A DNA stretch of 43,391 nucleotides from contig JAZGHU010000037.1 in the NCBI GenBank assembly GCA_036481345.1, positions 1 through 43,391 of the forward strand, given 5' to 3'. Numbering within the stretch: position 1 is the stretch's first letter; the number at the start of each line of letters is the position of its first letter. The notes under the pieces were generated by a model. The model did not search any database, had not been told where the DNA came from, and saw nothing but the letters and a program-made list of their open reading frames with translations. A program made the translations under genes and the position numbers. The stretch is from Candidatus Woesearchaeota archaeon. GTDB lineage: Archaea; Nanobdellota; Nanobdellia; Woesearchaeales; WJKL01. Below, in pieces: positions 1 to 7,060 of this stretch.

Positions 1-1110
1 GCACTTAGCATAGCTGCTCCTGGTAATGGCACTATTCCAGCAGGGGCATGGGCAGCAGATGGTTCTTATATTATCAATCCAGAAAGAATTGAATTTACTA
101 GAAAGACTGCAAAATATATTAAACAGCTTGTAGAAACAAATACTAGACCAAGTGACATAATGACAAGAAATAGCGTTGATAATGCAATTATTGCTGAAAA
201 TGCATTTGGAGGTTCAACTAATTTAGGATTACATATGGTGGCTATAGCTAATGAATTAGGATTTGATGAGTATGATATTGGAAAAGTTGGTGAATTATCA
301 CAACAAACTCCAAACATTTGTAAAGTAGCACCATCAAGACCAGAAGTTCATATGGAACATCTGTATAAAGTAGGTGGAGTAAGTACTATTCTAAAAGAGC
401 TTTATCGAGCAAACCTTCTTAATGGAGATGAAATGACTATTACAGGAAAAACTGTGATAGAAAATATAGCTGATGCTCCTGTCCCAGATGGAGATGTGAT
501 TAGGGCAGTTGAAGATTCTTTTTCTGAAACAGGAGGATTAGCGGTTCTTTATGGAAACATTGCTCCAAAAGGAAGTGTTGTAAAAGCAGCAGGCGTTGCT
601 CAAGAAATGATGGAATTTGAAGGAACGGCAAAAGTATATGAATCACAAAAGCAAGCTTATGATGCAATTCTTGCAGATGAAGTTAAGGATGGACATGTTG
701 TTGTCATAACATATGAAGGCCCAAAAGGAGGACCAGGAATGCAGGAAATGTTGTCGCCAACATCTGCTATTGTGGGAGCAGAATTAACAAGAGTAGCATT
801 AATTACTGATGGAAGATTCTCAGGAGGAACTACAGGACCTTGTATTGGACATATAGCTCCAGAGGCAGCACAAAGAGGCCCAATTGCAGCGATTAGAGAA
901 GGAGATATAATTAGATATAGTGTATCAAATGGAACTCTTGATCTTTTAAACAGCGATGGACAAATAATGAGTGAAGGAGAAATACAAGAAAGATTGAAAG
1001 ACGTACCTGAATTCACACCAAAGGTAAAAGGAGGATGGTTAGCAAGATATTCCTTCTTTGTTGGTGGAGCAGAAACAGGAGCTGTTTTAAGAAATCCATA
1101 TAAAAGTTAA
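1..1110 (+). CDS. ilvD: Dihydroxy-acid dehydratase (IlvD/Edd family), C-terminal ~369 aa; 5' end lies outside the window
   Basis: Frame 1 is open from nt 1 (ALSIAAPGNGTIPAG...), upstream of the Met at 160 used by the ORF track. Family motifs GGSTNLGLHMVAIA, YEGPKGGPGMQEML, ITDGRFSGGTTGPCIGHIAPEA. Stop TAA at 1108-1110. Confidence 0.9.
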   Translation, partial: ALSIAAPGNGTIPAGAWAADGSYIINPERIEFTRKTAKYIKQLVETNTRPSDIMTRNSVDNAIIAENAFGGSTNLGLHMVAIANELGFDEYDIGKVGELSQQTPNICKVAPSRPEVHMEHLYKVGGVSTILKELYRANLLNGDEMTITGKTVIENIADAPVPDGDVIRAVEDSFSETGGLAVLYGNIAPKGSVVKAAGVAQEMMEFEGTAKVYESQKQAYDAILADEVKDGHVVVITYEGPKGGPGMQEMLSPTSAIVGAELTRVALITDGRFSGGTTGPCIGHIAPEAAQRGPIAAIREGDIIRYSVSNGTLDLLNSDGQIMSEGEIQERLKDVPEFTPKVKGGWLARYSFFVGGAETGAVLRNPYKS

Positions 1111-1135
1111 TTATTTTTTTCTTAATTTTTAATAG
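1111..1135 (+). terminator. Oligo-T tracts directly after the ilvD stop (archaeal-type termination signal)
   Basis: T7 run at 1114-1120 and T5 run at 1126-1130 immediately downstream of the stop codon. Confidence 0.4.
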
Positions 1136-1144
1136 AAATTAGAA

Positions 1145-1197
1145 GGTGGTGCTGGAACCTTAGAGCGATCAACCCCTAGATTTTGCAGACCACCACC
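1145..1197. other. GC-rich inverted repeat in an AT-rich spacer; possible small structured RNA or hairpin
   Basis: GGTGGTG (1145-1151) is complementary to CACCACC (1191-1197). Inner CTG/CAG pairing and a ~30-nt interior. No tRNA T-loop or C/D boxes recognised. Confidence 0.2.
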
Positions 1198-1313
1198 CCT
1201 CGTGAATAAGTATGTTTTTCAAGTATTTAATTGTTTCTTTTATAGAGCATATATTTGTAATTTTAACAAAATTTATATAGTAGAAAGAGACAATTATAGT
1301 ATTGATTTGAGGT

Positions 1314-2741
1314 GTGAAGATGAAAAAAACAATAATTATACTACTATCTCTGCTTTTACTTAGTTTAGCAGCTGTTTCTGCTGAAGATTTTGAATATAGC
1401 ATAACTTCAATAAGAAGTGAGATTGATTCAGGAGAGGCTGCCCAATTCCTTCTTACTGTAAATAATAACTTAAATACAATTAGAGAGTTTAGAATTTACT
1501 CTCCAGACATTGAATGGGATGTTCCAACAGTAGATATAAAAGTATATGCTGATGGAGAAACAAACCATAAAATTATACTCACACCTTCAAAATATGTTGA
1601 ACCTGGGAAGATATATGGAATTAAGATTAATGTTAAAGATCTAAGCACAGATGAAGTTGTTCACACTGAAATTGTAGAAGTAAATGTAAGAAGCAGTGAC
1701 AAAGCAGTTAGTGCTTACAGACCTTCCATAAGAGTGACTATTGATATGCTATCAACTGTTGATCCAAGTAAACAAGTTGATATCAAGATAAAATTAGAAA
1801 ACCAAAATCTTCTTGATTTGTCAAATTTGTCATTGAAGATTTCAAGTGATGCTGATGGATTTGAGACAGAACAAAATGTCAAGCTAATTCCTCTTGGAAA
1901 AAAGATTGTTGAACTGAATTATAATATCAATCCATTACAACAGCCAGGAGACTACAAATTAACATTTGAACTTTGGCAAGGTGGAGAAATCGCCGAAAGA
2001 ATCGTCAAGCCCATTGTAATACAAAGCATATCTTCTTCTTTTAAAGTAGATGAAACAACAAGCTCAGTATTTTTCAAAACAAAGACAACACAGACAGTAA
2101 CAAGCACTTCAAATACAGATGCTATTTATATCACAAAAGTTCCTACTACGTTTATTAAAAGACTGTTTACTTCAACTAATGTTAAAGCAGACACTGTAAA
2201 AGAAGATGGACAAAAATATTATACTGTTCAAGCTTCATTCCAGCCAGGAGAAGTAAAAGAAGTTGAGATTGTTGTGAGCTATAGGATAATAGTCTATATT
2301 ATATTATTAGCATTGATATTGTTATCAATACACTATAAATATCGAAGTCCATTGGCAATAAGGAAAGTTATTTCTGATGTTAATACAAAAGAAGGTGGAA
2401 TCTCAGAATTAAAAGTAACTCTTGAACTGACAAGCGATGCTAAGAACACAATCAAGAAAGCTACTATCACAGACTATGTCCCTAACATAGCTAATATCTC
2501 AAAAGAATTTGGAGAAGGCACTTTAAAGCCAAGCAGAGTCTTCAGACATAAAACAAAAGGAATGGTACTGAAGTGGGATATAGAAAACATTGCTCCTGGA
2601 GAAGACAGACTGATGAGCTACACAGTAAAATCTAAATTAAGCATAATTGGAACATTCAAAATACCAAGAGCAAAAGTCAGCTTTAAGAAAAAAGGAAAAG
2701 AGATAATTGGTTACTCTAACACAGCAGGGGTTAGTACCTAG
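1314..2741 (+). CDS. Hypothetical secreted, membrane-anchored protein (signal peptide, Ig-like/NEW3-CARDB-like ectodomain, one internal TM helix, DUF11-like C-terminal domain)
   Basis: ORF track 475 aa. The likelier start is ATG 1320, preceded by GAGGTG at 1309-1314. Hydrophobic N-terminus MKKTIIILLSLLLLSLAAVSA. TM segment IIVYIILLALILLSIHY. No specific family recognised. Confidence 0.7.
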   Translation: MKMKKTIIILLSLLLLSLAAVSAEDFEYSITSIRSEIDSGEAAQFLLTVNNNLNTIREFRIYSPDIEWDVPTVDIKVYADGETNHKIILTPSKYVEPGKIYGIKINVKDLSTDEVVHTEIVEVNVRSSDKAVSAYRPSIRVTIDMLSTVDPSKQVDIKIKLENQNLLDLSNLSLKISSDADGFETEQNVKLIPLGKKIVELNYNINPLQQPGDYKLTFELWQGGEIAERIVKPIVIQSISSSFKVDETTSSVFFKTKTTQTVTSTSNTDAIYITKVPTTFIKRLFTSTNVKADTVKEDGQKYYTVQASFQPGEVKEVEIVVSYRIIVYIILLALILLSIHYKYRSPLAIRKVISDVNTKEGGISELKVTLELTSDAKNTIKKATITDYVPNIANISKEFGEGTLKPSRVFRHKTKGMVLKWDIENIAPGEDRLMSYTVKSKLSIIGTFKIPRAKVSFKKKGKEIIGYSNTAGVST

Positions 2742-2831
2742 GGGTTTCACCCTATAGATACCCGTGGACAATTAGTACTATCTCGTTTTACTCGATAATA
2801 CAAACGGGCCTATTCTTATATTTTCCACAAC

Positions 2832-2840
2832 TTTTATATA
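2832..2840 (+). promoter_or_regulatory. TATA-like box upstream of tRNA-Tyr
   Basis: TTTTATATA ends 26 nt before tRNA position 1 (2866), which is typical archaeal TATA-to-start spacing. Confidence 0.4.
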
Positions 2841-2865
2841 TGGTTCTTTTATTTTATTTATTTAG

Positions 2866-2992
2866 CCCCGTCTAGCTCAACGGTAGAGTGTTCGGCTGTA
2901 GATAAAATCACTTATCTGATGTGCAATTTTGCTATGATGATGATAAGTTAGCTGATCCCGAAAGGTTGCTGGTTCAAATCCGGCGGCGGGGA
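2866..2992 (+). tRNA. tRNA-Tyr (anticodon GTA) with a ~55-nt intron at or next to the canonical 37/38 site
   Basis: Hand fold: acceptor CCCCGTC/GGCGGGG with the archaeal/eukaryal Tyr identity pair C1:G72, discriminator A. D arm GCTC-AACGGTA-GAGT. Anticodon stem TTCGG (2891-2895)/CCGAA (2958-2962), loop CTGTAG(A) with GTA at 2898-2900. T arm GCTGG-TTCAAAT-CCGGC. No encoded CCA. Exact intron junction is ambiguous by 1 nt. Confidence 0.85.
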
Positions 2993-3015
2993 TTTATTCT
3001 TAAAAATCAGTAACA

Positions 3016-3092
3016 TTTATACAAAGTTTGGCAAAAAAAAGCCAAACGTGTATAAAGGTCCGAAATTTCCTTAAAATTTCGATACCTTTATA
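3016..3092. other. Two abutting long imperfect hairpins/palindromes sharing a TATAAA segment, downstream of tRNA-Tyr
   Basis: Hairpin A 3016-3056: TTTATACAAAGTTTGGC-A8-GCCAAACGTGTATAAA (15 bp with one internal loop). Hairpin B 3051-3092: TATAAAGGTCCGAAATTT-ccta-AAATTTCGATACCTTTATA (17 bp with one internal loop). The right arm of B reads ACCTTTATAAA (BRE/TATA-like) on the + strand. Confidence 0.45.
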
Positions 3093-3204
3093 AATTACGA
3101 AAAAATTCAAGCCCTATGCCTAATTCATCTTTCTATAGACAAAAGAAGCTTAAACAAGCTTTAATTTTCATATAGAAGATAAACTAGGCTACTATGAGCA
3201 ACGT

Positions 3205-3355
3205 GCCTCGGTAGTGTAGCTCGGCCTAGCACGAAGCCCTGTCGAAATGGCTAATAATCCCAGAGGTGCATTAGCCTTTACAAAAAGGCTTCAACTCGGG
3301 TTCAAATTGGTTGGAAGGTCAAAAGCCTTCTGCAATGGAAGTCCCGACCGGGGCG
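3205..3355 (+). tRNA. tRNA-Asp (anticodon GTC) interrupted by two introns (41 nt after position 37; 35 nt in the T-loop/T-stem junction)
   Basis: Acceptor GCCTCGG/CCGGGGC, discriminator G. D arm GTGT-AGCTCGGCCTA-GCAC. Anticodon stem AAGCC (3234-3238)/GGCTT (3287-3291), loop CTGTCG..A with GTC at 3241-3243. T stem TCGGG (3296-3300), loop TTCAAAT (3301-3307); the pairing strand CCCGA only occurs at 3343-3347. Exons alone give a 75-nt tRNA very like archaeal tRNA-Asp. Confidence 0.78.
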
Positions 3356-3357
3356 TA

Positions 3358-3479
3358 GGGCCGGTAGCTCAGCCTGGTAGAGCACTTGACTTTTATGGGT
3401 GACGCCATAAATTCACAAGTGAATTTAATGTCACCGCAAAGCAATCAAGTGGTCGCGAGTTCGAATCTCGTCCGGCCCA
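3358..3479 (+). tRNA. tRNA-Lys (anticodon TTT) with a 48-nt intron at the canonical 37/38 site
   Basis: Acceptor GGGCCGG/CCGGCCC plus A. D arm GCTC-AGCCTGGTA-GAGC. Anticodon stem CTTGA (3385-3389)/TCAAG (3445-3449), loop CTTTTA..A with TTT at 3392-3394. T arm GCGAG-TTCGAAT-CTCGT. Intron 3396-3443 forms a nested stem (GGTGAC..GTCACC, AAATTCAC..GTGAATTT). Starts 2 nt after tRNA-Asp. Confidence 0.88.
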
Positions 3480-3483
3480 TTCA

Positions 3484-3504
3484 ACATATATCAAATCCAC
3501 GTGG
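3484..3504 (+). promoter_or_regulatory. Putative rpoH-operon promoter: TATA-like ACATATAT, then CAAATCCAC and palindrome CCACGTGG
   Basis: Only 40 nt separate the tRNA-Lys end (3479) from the rpoH ATG (3520). An AT-rich TATA-like element sits ~30 nt upstream of the ATG. CAAATCCAC (3492-3500) recurs upstream of rps12. Confidence 0.35.
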
Positions 3505-3519
3505 GGAAAAAAAGTAAAA

Positions 3520-3771
3520 ATGGCAAAAAGAAAAATTAAAATAGTGATAAAGAAGCACATCCTAATGCCAAAACACATTAAGTTGTCTGTAAAGGAAAGA
3601 GCTGTTTTATTCGAAAACTATCATATTTCTGTTAAAGAGCTACCTAAAATAATGAAAGATGACCCTGCTATTGTAAGTTTACATGCAAAAGAAGGAGATG
3701 TTATCAAGATAGTTAGGCAAAGTCCTACTGCTGGAGAAATTGAATTTTATAGAGGAGTTATAAGTGAATAA
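3520..3771 (+). CDS. rpoH: DNA-directed RNA polymerase subunit H (Rpb5 C-terminal domain homologue)
   Basis: 83 aa. HILMPKHIKLS..., PKIMKDDPAIV, GDVIKIVRQSPTAGE..FYRGV is typical RpoH. First gene of the conserved archaeal RNAP operon. Confidence 0.9.
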   Translation: MAKRKIKIVIKKHILMPKHIKLSVKERAVLFENYHISVKELPKIMKDDPAIVSLHAKEGDVIKIVRQSPTAGEIEFYRGVISE

Positions 3772-5251
3772 ACATCAAATATTGATTAAAAAATATTTTG
3801 AAGAACAAAGCTTTGTAGATTCAACAATAGAATCTTTTAATAATTTTATAGAAAATGAACTTCAGCGAATTGTAAATGAAAACAAAGAAGTTGAACCAAC
3901 AATTATCCCGCCTGATGTTGATGAATTTAAGATAAGATTTGATAAGATATGGGTCACTAAACCAGAAATAACAGAAGCTGATGGAAGCAAGAGAGCAGTA
4001 TATCCAACTGAAGCAAGACTTAGAAAAATTTCTTATTCTGCTCCGATGTATATTGAAGTTTCAGCACACATCAACGGAGTGCAAAGAGAATCATTTACAA
4101 CAATGATTGGCAGTTTACCTATCATGTTAAAAAGCAAATTTTGTCATCTACACGGATTAAAGAGGGACGAATTAATTGAAAAAGGAGAAGACCCTAATGA
4201 TCCTGGAGGATATTTTATTATTAATGGAACAGAGAAAGTATTGATTAATGTTGAGGATCTTGCTGCAAACAAACTATTGGTTGAAAAAGCTTCTACAGGT
4301 CCTTCAGAATATATTGGAAAGCTGTTCTCTGAAAAAGGAGCATTCAAGATTCCACATATATTTGAAAAATCAAAAACAGGAGCAATCTATCTTTCATTTA
4401 CAAGAGTGAAGAGAGTCCCAATAATCATGATAATCAAGGCCTTGGGATTGATAAAAGACGAAGAGATAATGAAGGCTGTTTCTGAAGACAAACAATATGA
4501 TGATATTATTGTCAATTTATATGAATATACTGATATTAAATCTGATGAGGATGCAATGGACAGAGTTGCAAAGAAAATAGGTATAACTCAAGCAAGAGAA
4601 ATAAGATTAGAAAGGATGAATGAGATAGTTGATAAATATCTAATGCCCCATCTTGGAATTGAAAAAGAAGACAGGATGTTTAAAGCATATAATCTATGTA
4701 AATTACTAAAGAAATTTGTTGATGTATCAAATGGAAATTTGCCAACAGATGATAAAGATCACTATATGAACAAAAAATTAAAATTAAGTGGCGATTTACT
4801 GGCAGACTTAGTAAGAATGAATCTTAAAGTTCTTATTGGAGATCTGTTATATAATTTCCAGAGAATTGTAAAAAGAGGAAAGTTTCCTTCAATTAAAGTT
4901 ATAATCAGAGAAAAACTGCTTACATCAAGAATATACAGCAGCATGGCAACAGGATCATGGGTTGGCGGAAGAAAAGGTATCTCACAAAGAATCCAAAGAT
5001 TGAATTTCTTAGATACAATGAGCCATCTGCAAAGAGTTGTAAGCCCATTATCTGCTTCTCAGGAAAACTTTGAAGCAAGAGAACTACATGCTACTCATTT
5101 AGGAAGATTATGCCCAATCGAAACTCCAGAAGGAACTAATATTGGATTGAGAAAGAACCTATCTTTATTATGCAAGACATCTCATGAATCAGATGAAGAA
5201 GAATTAATTAAAAAAATTCAAAATTTAGGAGCAAATATTATTACAAAATGA
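3764..5251 (+). CDS. rpoB2: DNA-directed RNA polymerase subunit B'' (N-terminal half of split RpoB)
   Basis: 495 aa. DPGGYFIINGTEKVLI, HATHLGRLCPIETPEGTNIGL. GTG start overlaps the rpoH stop by 8 nt. Confidence 0.95.
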   Translation: MNKHQILIKKYFEEQSFVDSTIESFNNFIENELQRIVNENKEVEPTIIPPDVDEFKIRFDKIWVTKPEITEADGSKRAVYPTEARLRKISYSAPMYIEVSAHINGVQRESFTTMIGSLPIMLKSKFCHLHGLKRDELIEKGEDPNDPGGYFIINGTEKVLINVEDLAANKLLVEKASTGPSEYIGKLFSEKGAFKIPHIFEKSKTGAIYLSFTRVKRVPIIMIIKALGLIKDEEIMKAVSEDKQYDDIIVNLYEYTDIKSDEDAMDRVAKKIGITQAREIRLERMNEIVDKYLMPHLGIEKEDRMFKAYNLCKLLKKFVDVSNGNLPTDDKDHYMNKKLKLSGDLLADLVRMNLKVLIGDLLYNFQRIVKRGKFPSIKVIIREKLLTSRIYSSMATGSWVGGRKGISQRIQRLNFLDTMSHLQRVVSPLSASQENFEARELHATHLGRLCPIETPEGTNIGLRKNLSLLCKTSHESDEEELIKKIQNLGANIITK

Positions 5252-7050
5252 TTGAACTATACTTGAATGGAAAATTTATAGGAAATGTTGAAGACCCTAT
5301 TTTATTTATTGAACAATTCAAGAGTGAAAGAAGAAAAGGAAATATTTCAGCTAATAATAATGTCAATTATGATGAAAAAGCAGAAACAGTAAAGATTGAA
5401 AGCGGAAAAGGAAGAGCAAGAAGACCTTTGATCATTGTTAAGGACGGAATTCCAATGCTTACTGAAAAACATGTTAAGCAGTTGGAAAAAGGAGAATTGA
5501 GCTGGAGTGATCTTTTGCATCAAGGAGTAATTGAATTTTTAGATGCAGGTGAAGAAGAAAATACTCTTATTGCTTTTTCTGAAAAAGAGTTGAGAACAGA
5601 ACACACTCACCTTGAAATAACTCCAATGGACATGTTTGGATTATGTACATCATTAGTGCCTTTTGCAAACCATACTCCACCAGCAAGAGTTAACATGGGA
5701 AGTAAGAATCAGAAGCAAGCTTTAGGATTCTATGCTGCAAACTATCTTGTAAGGATGGACATGGATGTTAATTTATTACATAGCCCGCAAGTCCCTATTG
5801 TTAGAACAATCATGCATGATATTTATGGAGATGAACACCATCCTACTGGACAAAATATTATTGTTGCAGTGATGAGTTATGATGGTTATAATATGGAAGA
5901 CGCAATTGTTATCAACAAATCTTCAATTGAAAGAGGCTTTGGAAGAAGTTCTTATTATAGGCCTTCAATTACTGAAGAATTAAGATACAGTGGAGGATTA
6001 GTTGACGAAATCAGCATTCCAGATAAAGATGTTAAAGGTTATAAAACTGAACAAGATTATAGATTATTGGAAAAAGATGGAATTATTTATCCTGAAGCAA
6101 AGATTGCAGAAGGAGATGTTATAATTGGAAAAACCTCACCACCAAGATTCTTAAGCTCATTAGATGAATATAATCTAGCAGCTGCAACAAGAAGAGAAAG
6201 CTCTGTATCAGTTAGTCATGGAGAGCAAGGTGTTGTTGACTTTGTATTGATAACTGAAAATGAAGAAGGAAATAAATTAATACAAGTAAGAGTTCGTGAT
6301 CAAAGGGTTCCTGAAATTGGAGATAAGTTTACTTCAAGACACGGACAGAAAGGAGTTATTGGATTAATTGTTCCAGAATCAGATATGCCATTTACTACAG
6401 ATGGAGTAAGCCCTGATTTGATTTTCAGTCCTCATGGTATTCCTTCTCGTATGACAATTTCACATATGATTGAATTATTAGGTGGAAAAGTTGGAGCTTT
6501 AAGTGGAAGATATATTGATGGAACAGCATTCCATTCTGAAAAAGAAGAAGATTTGAGAAAAGAATTATTATCATTAGGCTTTAGAGAAGATGGATTAGAA
6601 ACATTGTATAATGGAAGGACAGGAGAGGCATACAAAGCAAGAATATTTGTTGGAAATATGTATTATTTGAAATTAAAACATATGGTTGCTAACAAAATCC
6701 ATGCTAGAGCAAGAGGCCCTATACAGCTATTGACAAGACAACCAACAGAAGGAAGAGCAAAAGAAGGGGGCCTTAGATTAGGAGAGATGGAGAAGGATAC
6801 TTTTGTTGCACATGGTGCTTCATTATTATTAAAAGAAAGATTTGATGCAGACAAGACAATGGTTCCTGTTTGCGAACAATGCGGATTAATTGCAATATAT
6901 GATGCTCATAAAAATAAAAGCTATTGTCCAATATGCGGAGATAATGTAGAAATAACAAATGTTGAAATAAGTTATGCATTTAAACTAATATTAGATGAGT
7001 TTAAATCACTATGTGTATATCCTAAATTAGGACTTACTTATAAATACTAA
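5248..7050 (+). CDS. rpoB1: DNA-directed RNA polymerase subunit B' (C-terminal half of split RpoB)
   Basis: 600 aa. GDKFTSRHGQKGV, SPDLIFSPHGIPSRMTI, GGLRLGEMEKD, C-terminal Zn ribbon CEQCG...CPICG. ATGA start/stop overlap with rpoB2 at 5248-5251. Confidence 0.95.
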   Translation: MIELYLNGKFIGNVEDPILFIEQFKSERRKGNISANNNVNYDEKAETVKIESGKGRARRPLIIVKDGIPMLTEKHVKQLEKGELSWSDLLHQGVIEFLDAGEEENTLIAFSEKELRTEHTHLEITPMDMFGLCTSLVPFANHTPPARVNMGSKNQKQALGFYAANYLVRMDMDVNLLHSPQVPIVRTIMHDIYGDEHHPTGQNIIVAVMSYDGYNMEDAIVINKSSIERGFGRSSYYRPSITEELRYSGGLVDEISIPDKDVKGYKTEQDYRLLEKDGIIYPEAKIAEGDVIIGKTSPPRFLSSLDEYNLAAATRRESSVSVSHGEQGVVDFVLITENEEGNKLIQVRVRDQRVPEIGDKFTSRHGQKGVIGLIVPESDMPFTTDGVSPDLIFSPHGIPSRMTISHMIELLGGKVGALSGRYIDGTAFHSEKEEDLRKELLSLGFREDGLETLYNGRTGEAYKARIFVGNMYYLKLKHMVANKIHARARGPIQLLTRQPTEGRAKEGGLRLGEMEKDTFVAHGASLLLKERFDADKTMVPVCEQCGLIAIYDAHKNKSYCPICGDNVEITNVEISYAFKLILDEFKSLCVYPKLGLTYKY

Positions 7051-7060
7051 CAAAAATAAA

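Noticed and set aside
2902-2957. C/D-box sRNA inside the tRNA-Tyr intron (ATGATGA at ~2933-2939 followed 11 nt later by CTGA; another CTGA at ~2916).
   Set aside because: No upstream C box is present at the right spacing. The putative guide (tgataagttag) is simply the 3' arm of the intron's own hairpin (ACTTATC/GATAAGT). The box-like strings are easy to get by chance in AT-rich sequence. This remains testable by small-RNA sequencing.
3393-3578. 61-aa minus-strand ORF, and the 77-aa ORF at 1169-1402.
   Set aside because: The first overlaps tRNA-Lys and the rpoH start. The second spans an intergenic hairpin and the start of the next gene. Neither has supporting signals.
5248-5251. The rpoB split considered as a frameshift or pseudogene.
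   Set aside because: The split falls at the natural B''/B' boundary known from many archaea, with an ATGA overlap. Both halves have normal lengths and intact motifs.
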